A DNA stretch of 62,994 nucleotides, counting the filler, from Octopus bimaculoides (taxonomy: Eukaryota): the NCBI RefSeq assembly GCF_001194135.2. It is 6 parts of 6 records of this genome, joined end to end, with 100 filler letters (N's around TTAATTAATTAA, not from the genome) between each part and the next. Parts side by side here need not be neighbours in the genome. Positions count along the whole stretch, not along the records: positions 2,133 to 20,852 come from NC_068990.1; positions 20,953 to 25,982 come from NC_068998.1; 4 more parts are not named here. One strand, given 5' to 3'. How positions within the stretch are numbered: the stretch's first letter is position 1; every line of letters begins with the position of its first letter. Below are positions 13,101 to 25,087 of the stretch, piece after piece. Under the pieces are notes generated by a model, which was given only the letters and a program-made list of their open reading frames with translations, was not told where the DNA came from and did not search any database. A program made the translations under genes and the position numbers.

Positions 13101-14203
13101 ATATCTCCCAAGCATGGCCGCTATCAAAGTGGCTGAAATAAATAAAAGGATAAAAGAATATTTTAGACTTTGCGTCGATTGCATTTGTTCCATCAGTAGA
13201 ACGAGAAAAATTATCATAGTTACTACGTCTCTTATCCCAACCTACTCACGAATCATACAAAATGCAAGTATGGCTTAAAGCGTCCGCCAATCATATTTGT
13301 AGCATATTACAACCTGGCTACACATTACCAGAAGTGATCGCAATTCCAGAGAATAAGATCGGTATCTATACTGGGAAGTTTTATGGGTAAAGACACATTA
13401 TTTCATGCATAGATTACTAAAGGTGGCAATAGCTTAGAGTCAAATGGAAGGATGCATAGATTCTGAACGCATTTAAAACAAGAAGTCTTTTTTTTTCTTC
13501 GATAAAAGAGAACTTTTCCCAGTGTCTGGAATATTACTTTGTGCTATGGTTGCCTAATAAGGTCACCGTACCGGAAAGCAATCCAAATGTCAACCTACTA
13601 TACAAGGATAAGCTTTAAATTGCTGACGGAATATTTCAGAGGAGATGATAATAAATGTTGGCATTTAAATCTATACCAATCGTCTCTCTGAACATTGCTG
13701 ATAGTTCAACAATTTCTGCATTGAGTTAGAATTACAATTCTTTAATATCCTATCAGAACGGTAATAGATTTTCAGGGATTATATATCAACAAATTCAAAA
13801 AAATTTTGAACATTGTAATGCATAATCTCCCAGATCAATCTTTATCTGATTCAGAAGCGTATATGAGGGCAAAGGCATCAAACTCATTCACAAAAGGAAG
13901 AACGAAATCTAGAACAGCATCTATGACAGATACTCAACTCTTCCAAAAGCAGGAAACACACTAAAAGAGAACGAAACGAACATAGTACCACAGTACTTTT
14001 CCGTTTTTTTTTTGACTTCTCTTAAAAGAACCAACGTTTAAAATATCATCTGAATTTAAGCAAATCCGTTTTTGATAACGGAAACAGACTAAAGTTAAGC
14101 GGTGATTTATTACTATATTACTAACCAACAACATACAACAGTACAGTATATTTCAGTTTACTAATGTTCAGACTAAATACTTTGCAACAACTGTTTCGCT
14201 GTG

Positions 14204-14423
14204 CAAGGCGGTGAGCTAGCAGAATCGTTAGCATGCCGGGCGAGATGTTTAGCAGTATTTCGTTTGCCGTTACGGTCTGAATTCAAATTCCGCCGAGGTC
14301 GACTCTGCCTTCCATCCTTTTGGGTTCGATAAATTAAGTACCAGTTGCGTAGTGGGGTCGATCTAATCGACTGGCCTTCCCTCTCCCCCTAAATTTCGGG
14401 CCTTGTGCCTAGAGCAGAAAAGA
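14204..14423 (+). mobile_element. Full-length SINE family A
   Basis: AAGGCGGTGAGCTAGCAGAATCGTTAGCATGCCGGGCGA..GAATTCAAATTCCGCCGAGGTCGAC..CCTAGAGCAGAAAAGAA. Confidence 0.95.
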
Positions 14424-14829
14424 ACTGTTTTGTTGTGCCACACTTTAGACCCCAAACTCATCTGGGTCAGCTTATTTTAAATTGGATTGAGTGAGGAGAA
14501 TCAATATCATTAATTCAAGGGATTTAACTCAATTACCATATACACCTTTCAAAACGCAAATTAAACTCTGGACTAGAAACAATAAAGTTGCTAATATATT
14601 TCCTTTCTTACTGTCTCCCTTCTCTTCCCTCTGCCGCCTCTACTCTTCTNNNNNNNNNNNNNNNNNNNNNNNNNNNNNNNNNNNNNNNNNNNNNNNNNNN
14701 NNNNNNNNNNNNNNNNNNNNNNNNNNNNNNNNNNNNNNNNNNNNNNNNNNNNNNNNNNNNNNNNNNNNNNNNNNNNNNNNNNNNNNNNNNNNNNNNNNNN
14801 NNNNNNNNNNNNNNNNNNNNNNNNNNNNN

Positions 14830-14913
<84 letters not shown>

Positions 14914-15707
14914 GACAATCTTCTACACAGTCCCCACCTATCTCTCATAAAGCATTGGTCGGACCGGGAGTACAATACAATTCCACAAGGTAACGTGCTG
15001 TGAAACTGAAATCGAAATCACAGGATTGAAAAGCAAGTCTCATCTTAACCACACAACAATGTCTCATAAAATTAGACGGAAATACCATGTAACACTTTGT
15101 GAGCCGTTAGAATGCATTCTAAAACCCTGTTTTCGTAGATCGAGTTGAGTTGCAAAGAAACGTCTTGATGCAAGAAATGGATTTCGGTCGGGAGTTAAGC
15201 ACCTAAGGAGTGTTGAAACTGAACTGGCTCAGCTAAAACCAAAACGTTATCGTAGACTTGGCTCACTGAGACCTCGTCACCGTTGTTCCTATATTTATCC
15301 GAGATCTTTATAATACAGAAAATTTAGAAATAACAATTATTTGAGGAAGAAAAACTATATCTTTTCATTATAAGCTTTATTTTTGACACTTTTTTTTACT
15401 GATTAATTAAAGTCTCTTGCTGCTGACAGACACACTGCGTCCCACTTATTGAAAGACAATGATATATGAGAAATTGATGAGCAATGCCGTAAAAATAACC
15501 AACAAGGAACAAATGTTTAAAAAATACCCATGTAAAACGTAGATAAGAGCAAAAAAAAATTAATTAAAAAGTAAAAGAATAAATATAAAAGTAAAAGAAA
15601 ATAAATGATGAGAATGCAAGAAAGGAAGAACAAGTGTTCGGTGAGGACATTTTTTAAATAGACTTTCATAGAATAAAGAAGAATCGATCATTTAAAGACA
15701 GTAGGAT

Positions 15708-16050
15708 GTGATTTAGGGAGAATACATGGCTATTTCAGGCAGTTAGACAAACCAGTGTTGAGCTTTCGTTGGCAAGTTCATATTCCTGACATAGTTTTCA
15801 GCCATAATTCATCTCTAACAAAATTACCCAATCTATTTTGCAGTTCTTTTAAATAAATCATGATTTGAGGGAGAGTAGGTAACTATTTCAGGCATGAAGA
15901 CAAACAACACCAGGGTGTCTTTGTTACGTTTAGGTGATATAGTTTTCAGCCGTCATTCATCAATGAGTAAATAATCCAACATACTTTACTGGTTCTAAAA
16001 AAAATACAGCGTGATTTGAGGGAGATAAAGTAACTATTTCAGACAGATAC
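15708..16050 (+). repeat. Degenerate ~151-bp tandem repeat (about 2.3 units) containing the family D core
   Basis: TGATTT(G)AGGGAGA..CTATTTCAG recurs at 15708, 15860 and 16011. ATAGTTTTCAGCC..ATTCATC recurs in units 1 and 2. Confidence 0.8.
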
Positions 16051-16080
16051 ACATTTCACGGTGGAAGCACGTGGTTTAAT

Positions 16081-16585
16081 AAATCGATAAATTAAGTACC
16101 AGTTACGCACTGGGGTCGATATAATCGACCTAATCCGTTTGTCTGTCCTTGTTTATCTCCTCAGTGTGTAGCCCCTTGTGGGCAATAAAGAAATAAGAAA
16201 TGTTATTACGTCGGACAAAACACGTAGCAGCATTTCGTCTTTACGTTCGGAGTTCAACTCTTTTCATTTCTTTCGGAGTCGATAAAATAAGTACCAGTTG
16301 TTTTATTTGGCATCGACGTATTAGACTAAGCCCCTCTCCCGAAATTATTGCCCTTGTGCCAAACTATTAAGCAGCTTTAAACCTGCTATCTAGCAGGAAC
16401 GTTTGAACGTCGGACACAGTGCTTAGCAGCATTTATCCGTCTTTACGCTCTGAGTTCAAACTGCATCGTGATCGACCTTGTCCGTCATCCTTCGGGATCG
16501 ATAAAATAAGTATCACTTTTGTACTGAGATTGATGGAATCGTCCTCCAAAATTATTGACCTTGGGCCAAAATTTGTAACCAATAT
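16081..16585 (+). mobile_element. Cluster of three SINE family A copies or fragments
   Basis: Repeated GATAAA(A/T)TAAGTA and GAGTTCAA motifs. Confidence 0.85.
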
Positions 16586-17055
16586 TCAGCAGTTCAGTGA
16601 CAGCATAGAATCTCTATTCCTGACTTATAGATGTAAGAAGCGAATAAAGGCGTCTTTAAGTATGAACCAGTCATTTAGAAATAAATTATTTCTAAATATA
16701 CAATACGACACTTTATTTCTGACTACATAGATAATATATTATTAAAAACTTCACAATCCACCTTTCGTTTCATTCCACGTCTAACTGTCTGCTCTGCCTG
16801 ACAACTGATTTCATAGCAAGTCCGACTCGCTAAATTTTACGGTTTTTACGCATAATTGAGGTTAGTCCTATCGCTGCAAGTCTAGAAAATAGTTGTATAA
16901 CACATAATGTCAGTAAACATACGACATAAAATATGAGATGCAGCACGAAGTTTTGTCAGTGAACAGATTGCGGTTTCAAAGCGAGGCAAATATTTTGACA
17001 CAAATGAAATTTAAATGTTGAATTAAGACTAACGGATTTTGTGTGTTCTTGAATG

Positions 17056-17108
<53 letters not shown>

Positions 17109-17388
17109 TCCTTATCTATATACATGAAAATAAACGCATCTGTATATATATATGTGTGCGTGTATATGTGTAAGATAGCTTACGTCGTATATCGCCTCAA
17201 GATGTGACACCGGGAAACCTTGAAATGCGTTATACTTTGAGTAAAATCCTCCGAATTTCAAGCGTTGCATTTCCCTTTTCATTGTCAGATTTAAACTGAA
17301 CGAACGGCGATATAGGTTTTAAAAAATCGGTAAGAAATTCTAAAGTAAATCACCTTCACGTGGGTATCTTTTTTTCTTCTTTTTACAG

Positions 17389-17761
17389 TATCTTACGATC
17401 GTTTCATGAATGTATTACCCCTCAAAATGAAATCTAAAATTGATAATCATTATTAGGTAATACATCCACTAGTCAGAGAAAAAGGGTGAATTTCCGTGTA
17501 GTCAATGGAATGCTATATAAAAATATATGAAAAAGATGTTGTTTGAACATCGTCTTCATATATTTTAATACTGGCACATCTATGCCAGTAACTTTTTTAA
17601 ACAACATCTTTTTCATATATTTTTCACATAAATAGCGTTCGATTGACTACATGGAAATTCACCCTTTTTCTCTGACAGGTGGATATATTACCTAATATAA
17701 TGATTATCAATTTAAGATTTCATTTCGAAGGGTAATACATTTATTAAACAATCGTAACATA
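17389..17761. mobile_element. ~370-bp palindromic (foldback) MITE, TA-flanked
   Basis: The left arm TTACGATCGTTTCATGAATGTATTACCC..GAAAAAGATGTTGTTT pairs with the right arm over about 160 bp. Central hairpin TACTGGCA/TGCCAGTA. Confidence 0.9.
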
Positions 17762-18146
17762 TTTTAAACTTTTTAAATAACCATACTTTATATATCTATA
17801 ATTCTATCTATGAATACAGTATTATTTTGGACGTATATCTTCTGTGATGATTTTTTTTATGTAATCTTTCATGCTCTTACTTTATGATAAATAAATACTC
17901 TTATTTAATGTCTAAATAATTTCAATGTTTTAGACATTTCTCTACCAAGAGTACTTATTCGAAATTCAGTATATTGTATTCTCATTGAATATATTCGATT
18001 AACTACACACATATATTTATGTGTGTGTGTATGTATGTATCTGAGTAAATGATGTAAGGACAAGTAAGTTAGGTAAGTCGATATACAAAAAATATTACAT
18101 ACATTTAATACCAAACATGTACAAATGTATACATATAAAAATATAA

Positions 18147-18487
18147 AGAGTGGAAATGATATCAAAGATTAAAAGGATTGAGTAGGAGTTTTATGAGTCA
18201 CAGCTGTTTCTAGGGACGTAAATAATGATTGTAACTTGATTCCGTCAACGGATACCACCGGCCTCCGTCTTCGTGGAAGAATTTTACATTTGAGGTGTTA
18301 ACAGAATGGAGATTAAAGATGGAATCTCCATTCTGCTATAATTCTTCCTTAAAGACGGACGCTGGAGGTATCCGATAATGGAATCAAGTTACAAGCATTA
18401 TTTTGGACCACCAAGTCCCCAGAAACAGCTGTTGGGCTCGTAAAACTCCTACTCAACCCCCTTAATTCCTTATATCATTTCCATTCT
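18147..18487. mobile_element. ~340-bp palindromic (foldback) MITE
   Basis: TGGAAATGATAT..TTGAGTAGGAGTTTTA..CAGCTGTTTCT..TTGTAACTTGATTCC..GGAAGAATT is mirrored on the right arm. Central AGAATGGAGATT/AATCTCCATTCT. Confidence 0.9.
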
Positions 18488-18727
18488 GTGTAATTCGGAC
18501 TTTTATTTATATGTATACATATGTACATGTTTTGTATTAAATGTATTTAATATTTTTTTTGTATCTTGATAGCTGTTACAGAACCACAATGACTTATGTA
18601 ATAACCACATTCGTACGTGATAAGCTCATGATGTCATAGATGTGTACCACATCATAAGTAACAGTGAAATTGCTAAAGCAAGTGAGAAAGGTGTATGTAT
18701 AGACGCACATGTACATATAAATGCTTT

Positions 18728-18781
<54 letters not shown>

Positions 18782-18974
18782 TGTGTGTACGTGTGTGTAT
18801 GTGTTTTGCTCAATTTCTTGCCTTCAATGTATTTGGAGGAAATATTATAACCTGTAGCAGCTAAAATTAACAAATATTACAATATATGATATCAAATATA
18901 ATTGCTGTGCATTTTCTAAGCGAGGTTTCTTAAAATTTCATATTTTGTTATACATATTTCCTTTCTATTTTAGT

Positions 18975-19160
18975 TAGCTGGCAGAATCATTAGCCTGGCG
19001 GTATTTCGTCCGACTTTACGTTTTGAGTTCAAATTCCGCCGAGGTAGACTTTGCCTTACGAGCTCGATTAAATAAGCACCAATTGAGCAATGGGATTGAT
19101 GTCATCACCTTCCACCCCTCCCTCGAAATCGCTGGCCTTGTATCAAAATTTAAAAGCAAT
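18975..19160 (+). mobile_element. SINE family A
   Basis: AGCTGGCAGAATCATTAGC..GAGTTCAAATTCCGCCGAGGTAGAC. Confidence 0.9.
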
Positions 19161-19739
19161 ATTCCATTTCTATTTAGTTACTTCAAGAGATAGAACTCAC
19201 CTTCATATATTTACTGTAAATAAATAATGAGCTTACCCTTTTGGATTAACAGAACGTACTCACACATGACCAGGAGTTATCGAGCATATTAAAACTATTT
19301 TTTCTTTATTCTTTAGACTTATAAAAGATAACATTTACGCGGATTTCAATAATCCTCAAATTCTTTTGGAGCATGTTCCGTAACATGAATGCTGAAATTT
19401 CAATAACCCTTGAGGTAACACTCAACATTCAATGGCTATGAATCAACCAAAGATACATCATATATATGAATATATACATGTGTGTGTGTGTCTGCGTGCA
19501 TGTGTGTGTGAGTGCTTGTGTGTGTGAGTGAGTGTGTGTGTGTGCTGGAGTGCGCACGTGTTTGTGCATATAATACATATACATATATAATGCATATATA
19601 TAAATGTAGGTATATATGCATATATGTATATAAATATATGTGTGGGTTATATACACACACACACATGTATATATACCTACATATATGCATGCATACATAC
19701 GTACACGCACACATATTTATATACGTATATATACATAGG

Positions 19740-19796
<57 letters not shown>

Positions 19797-20647
19797 GTAT
19801 ACACACGCACACAGACACAAACACACATACACACACATACATATAAACATATGTATATATAAACGTGCATACAATTTCAAGACGATATAATGAAAGCCGT
19901 ATGTAATAGCTTAATAAAATTTATTCCTCTCGAAATTCTAAGCAAAGACAATAGTGACCGGTTGCAAATGTTAAGCGAGTTTTAAAAGAAAGGGGAGATA
20001 ATTTCAAAGAATTAATAATGTGACCTTGATAAGTAGGTAAGGAACCACTACGGATAAAAATATTATTCTATTGGTTCACCTTAGTACAATAGTATTCATT
20101 CTATCCTGCAAATCATTGGATATATATTTGCATATAAAATCAGTGTTTATATGTTTGGCTACATATATGCTTAACTAATAATAAGAATAGAGCTAACAAA
20201 AATATCTCATAAGTAACGACAGGAATTCGGATCATAAATTCAAGACCTGATATCTGTGAATGTGATATTGTGATAAACTCAATGGAATAAGCTATAAATT
20301 TATTGAAATTTCACTCTAAAATAGAGAGAGAGGTAAAAGTTAGTGACACACACATGGGCGCGCAAAGGCGGAAGAGCAGACGAAGGCACATGGCTTACTG
20401 GTTCGGGTATTTACCTTACGATCGTAAGGGTATGTATGTTGTGAAGAATTTCTCTTGCTGAAAAAAGAATTAGGATTTTTGTTTTGGTTAGATGTGTGTT
20501 TTTACGATGTTTTCCATTTGTATATGGTGTGTGTATGTGTGTGTTTGTGTGTGTGTGAGTGTTGTTTTTGTGATGGTTTCTTTCGTATGTGTGTGTGTGT
20601 TTGTGTCTGTGTGTTTTTGTAATGTTTTCTTTTTTGTGTATGTGTGT

Positions 20648-20678
<31 letters not shown>

Positions 20679-21037
20679 CGTTTGTGATGTTTTCTATTGT
20701 ATGTGTGTGTGAGTGTGTATGTGTGTTTGTGTGTGTGAGTGTGTTTGTGTGTGTGTGCTGGCATATATGTATATTAAAAATAAATTTAGGAGATGATGGG
20801 AAGTATTAAAAAAAATATATGTATAAAATTGTTATATATACATATATATATANNNNNNNNNNNNNNNNNNNNNNNNNNNNNNNNNNNNNNNNNNNNTTAA
20901 TTAATTAANNNNNNNNNNNNNNNNNNNNNNNNNNNNNNNNNNNNNNNNNNNNAAGAATATTTAGCAATCGAACCCGGATTACAATATCCCATGTGAAAAA
21001 AAAATATCAAGAATACGACCGGGATTCGTTAGAATAT

Positions 21038-21198
21038 TGATTACGTCATCAAAAAAATCTGACCAATCAAGACTTTGCGTGGAACTGGCTCTCCAACAAC
21101 AATTTCATTCTCGGCGCGCTCCTTTCTGAGCCAAACCAACACTATATATTCATGCGCTATAACCACAGCTATAGACGGCGGACGAGAGACATCAGACT
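21038..21198 (+). promoter_or_regulatory. Candidate RNA Pol II promoter (variant CRE, CCAAT, TATA-like, Inr-like)
   Basis: TTACGTCA 21041-21048, GACCAATCA 21061-21069, TATATA 21143-21148, TATAAC 21158-21163, TCAGAC 21192-21197. Unique and CpG-rich, followed by leader-like sequence. Confidence 0.5.
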
Positions 21199-21417
21199 GG
21201 ACACAGAAGACAGCAGTATGATGCAGCAGCTGACCAGAATGCTGTGACGGCGGCAGTAACAGTTACTGACCAGCTAACATTTTGACAGCTTCTACTCTCA
21301 CACAAGACCAAGAACAATAGTCTTCGAACTAAAAGATTAATACTATAAATCAATGATCCCCAACACTTTTTGCACCACGAAAAGGTTTCGTGCAAGATTA
21401 TTTTCCATAAGCGGGTG

Positions 21418-21437
21418 ATGAAGTGCATGACAAAACA
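21418..21437 (+). CDS. Candidate first coding segment (MKCMTK + CA), or a uORF
   Basis: ATG at 21418 and weak donor ACA|GTAAAG at 21438 (phase 2), compatible with the exon at 53985. Unspliced it stops after 7 codons. Confidence 0.2.
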
Positions 21438-22017
21438 GTAAAGTGAATAATATATAATCTAACTATTACGTGTATAATACTTATATATTACTTCTATAAT
21501 ATATATATATAATGCAAAAACACCCCACAGAATGTGGGGTGTTAAAATATAAACATGTAGAAATAAAATATAAACATTTATTCTTTCTATGCAGCCGATG
21601 GTTGGGGTCCCCTTCACAGATGTGACATAGGTAGAGTATTTTACTCTTATAATTTGCTATTAATTTTTTTTTCATTCATCATCATCATCATCATCATCAT
21701 CATAGCCACCACTGCCGCCGCCAATACATTGACGTGTATTCAGCTGAAGAAAGTTACTGCTGTTTGCGAAAGTAATGGAAGAGCAACAACATCCGGGTCA
21801 TCGGGTCATCTGTTTTGGACGCTGCACACATATACGTACGTAAATACACGGGCACATGTATACGTATACACACACACACACACACACACACAATACATAT
21901 ACACACATGCAACTTTTAGAACGCCGAAGAAAGGAAAGAGAGGTGGGTGTGAGAAATACATAGCTTTAAAGGCGGGAGGGGGATTGTGAAGTTGACGATA
22001 GTTGTTCATACTGTCCA

Positions 22018-22071
<54 letters not shown>

Positions 22072-22640
22072 NNNNNNNNNNNNNNNNNNNNNNNNNNNNN
22101 NNNNNNNNNNNNNNNNNNNNNNNNNNNNNNNNNNNNNNNNNNNNNNNNNNNNNNNNNNNNNNNNNNNNNNNNNNNNNNNNNNNNNNNNNNNNNNNNNNNN
22201 NNNNNNNNNNNNNNNNNNNNNNNNNNNNNNNNNNNNNNNNNNNNNNNNNNNNNNNNNNNNNNNNNNNNNNNNNNNNNNNNNNNNNNNNNNNNNNNNNNNN
22301 NNNNNNNNNNNNNNNNNNNNNNNNNNNNNNNNNNNNNNNNNNNNNNNNNNNNNNNNNNNNNNNNNNNNNNNNNNNNNNNNNNNNNNNNNNNNNNNNNNNN
22401 NNNNNNNNNNNNNNNNNNNNNNNNNNNNNNNNNNNNNNNNNNNNNNNNNNNNNNNNNNNNNNNNNNNNNNNNNNNNNNNNNNNNNNNNNNNNNNNNNNNN
22501 NNNNNNNNNNNNNNNNNNNNNNNNNNNNNNNNNNNNNNNNNNNNNNNNNNNNNNNNNNNNNNNNNNNNNNNNNNNNNNNNNNNNNNNNNNNNNNNNNNNN
22601 NNNNNNNNNNNNNNNNNNNNNNNNNNNNNNNNNNNNNNNN

Positions 22641-22742
22641 CGTGTTCTACGTGGCACATTCAACCAGTATCCGAAGTTTCAAACTGTTTAGTTAAAAAAA
22701 AAAATAATTAAAAAATCTGTGTGACTGAGATTGAAAAGATCC
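22641..22742 (+). mobile_element. Right half of a MITE family F copy (left half in gap)
   Basis: CACATTC..CCAGTATCCGAAGTTTCAAA..GATTGAAAAGATCC matches 30920-31010. Confidence 0.85.
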
Positions 22743-22755
22743 GAATTTTCTTCAG

Positions 22756-23115
22756 GCCGAGTATCCCATCCCGCTCAAAAGGTCCCTGAATAAGGGTTGC
22801 TTAAGGATGTTGAACGAAACGGCCATGTTTTCAAAGGTGAATTATCCAAACCCCCAAAGAATTCCTTTCAGCACATGGCTATGATGCTCCCTCACTACTT
22901 CTGCTCATGATCAGAGATGCACATATCGTCAGCCACTAAAGGAAATGCTCAACTGGTTATGGTCAAACAACCGACAAGCAAATCTATGGTATTGAGCAGA
23001 ATATTTGTTGTAGCCCATCTTTTATACCAAGGCAAAACAATGTACATGATAACACTTCCAATCAGTTAAGATCAGAAGCCATGAAAGCCACTGCATGGTA
23101 CTGCATCAGGGCATT
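22756..23115. mobile_element. Unclassified ~350-bp interspersed repeat abutting (ATC)n(ATT)n
   Basis: Recalled as a common octopus repeat. Single copy in this window, so not verifiable here. Confidence 0.45.
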
Positions 23116-23116
23116 T

Positions 23117-23169
<53 letters not shown>

Positions 23170-23172
23170 AAA

Positions 23173-23225
<53 letters not shown>
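23117..23225. repeat. Compound (ATC)n-(ATT)n microsatellite
   Basis: Direct inspection. Confidence 0.95.
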
Positions 23226-23226
<1 letters not shown>

Positions 23227-23229
23227 GGT

Positions 23230-23455
23230 GGCATGTTGACTGAATCGTTAGCACGCCGGACAAAATACTTAGCTGCATTTCGTTTGTCGTTACGTTCTGA
23301 GTTCAAATTCCGCCGAGGTCGACTTTGCCATTCATTCTTTCGAGGTTGATAAATTAAGTACCAATTAAGTACTGAGATCGATCTAATCGACTGTCACTCC
23401 ACTCCATCGCCACCACCACCACCACCTAATTTCAGGCCTTATGCCTATAGTAGAA
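23230..23455 (+). mobile_element. SINE family A
   Basis: GAATCGTTAGCACGCCGGAC..TTACGTTCTGAGTTCAAATTCCGCCGAGGTCGAC. Confidence 0.9.
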
Positions 23456-24123
23456 ATGATTGTTATTTTTATTGTTTGCAAAGATATATCTATTTCTGAC
23501 GTGAAGAAATAAGATTTTTTCAACTTGTTTTTTAATATTATGTATCTTAAAATAATGTCTTATCTTGAAACCCGTCATTGTTTTTACTCAATTTCGTCAC
23601 CCCGGGGAAGAAGTCTCGTTCCTAAAATGAATTGATATGAATATAGAATAAGGTTGTTCTAAGTGACAAATAGACGTATATATGACGAACAGCAGTCGGA
23701 GTGCCAACGAGATGCGCTCGCACGCACGCACACACACACAGATACATACAGGGGCACATTTGGAGATAAACACACATACTGTGAATCAGATTGAGAGTAA
23801 ACAAAATGAAATTAGAACCCTGAAAAATCGAAATGAACGAAAATTGTAATTTATTGGCTGAGATGGGTATTTGTGACAGGGACGTCTTTCTCCTTCAGTC
23901 TACTCTACTATTCCATACCGCCAATGTCTATTTCCCTTTCCTGCTTTCCCCTTACCAAATTCCCGATTCCTGCTTTTGTTATTGTATTGTCAACTCTGCC
24001 TGCACTGCCGCTCTTTGTCACCAGTCACATTAGAATAAAGAGACACAATAGACGATGTACATGAGAGAGGAAGAGACGTGTATGTGTGTGTATGTGCGCG
24101 CGCGCGTACTTGTAGTCGTGCGT

Positions 24124-24174
<51 letters not shown>

Positions 24175-24284
24175 TCCGTGTGAGTGAGTGTGTGTGTGTG
24201 TGTGAGTGGCGTGAGCCGTAGAGACAATGAAGATGATGGAATAGGAAAAGCAGGGCTGATGTAGGGGGTTTCATACATACTTAC

Positions 24285-24341
24285 TGTACACTTCCCATTC
24301 TCTCTCTTGAAGTCTAAGATTGCTAGACACATGTTTTCCAT
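24285..24341 (-). CDS. Candidate first coding exon (MENMCLAILDFKRENGKCT|)
   Basis: AAAACATGG start context, 19 open codons ending exactly at an ACA|GTAAGT donor (phase 0). No homology recognised. Confidence 0.3.
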
Positions 24342-25087
24342 GTTTTCTATCTTATCGATTTATTCACAAATTGTTTACAAAATTCTTCACTTCACCACGG
24401 AAAGAATTGTTAAAATGTATCGGTGATATTAATGATGATGACTAACACGATGCCGTCGTCACCAGTTCAACTCTCGTTGAAGCTAGCAATTCAAACTTAT
24501 TTGTGAGAATAATATTTAAAACTCGAATTATTTTCATAGGAATAATGCAAAATCTAATGGCAAACAAGAATATATATTCATCGTGTGTGTGTGTGTGCGT
24601 GTGTGCTTGTTTGTGTGTGTGTATGTGTATGTGCACGCGTGCGATTGTTGTTTAACCTTAGTTCAACACTATTTGAAATAATCAAAGGATAAAGGTGTTC
24701 CGGGCGTGACAGTCCCGTCTTTTTATATTTTTAGGACTACATTGTTTCATGTACTCGTCTTTTTTTTTAGGACTGTAGGATGTAGGACTGAGGGAACAAT
24801 GACTACTATTTTAGCACATTTAGAGATCTAGCGAAAATCCTTGCGTGATGGTGATAATAAAGATAGTGGTGGTGGTGATGATGGTTGTGGTGGTTGTGGC
24901 GGTGGTGGTGTTGTGTGTGGGTGTGTGTGTTTTATGCCTATACTTTGGATAACTTATATCTATTTATCTGATTAAGACTTGTTCTTCAGAATGTCATGAA
25001 TCACATGATCTACGTAAACATTTTGCAGTCTGGTCACCGAGGCAAGATTTCCCAAGTTCTGAATCATTGATTTTCTCACATTAAAGT

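Noticed and set aside
17184-17295. Minus-strand 112-nt exon-like segment (LNLTMKREMQRLKFGG..)
   Set aside because: Its phase does not fit the other minus-strand candidates and it may be a transposon end. One open frame of this length is expected by chance.
20414-20429. Perfect 16-bp palindrome CCTTACGATCGTAAGG
   Set aside because: Part of a SINE C tRNA-like head fragment.
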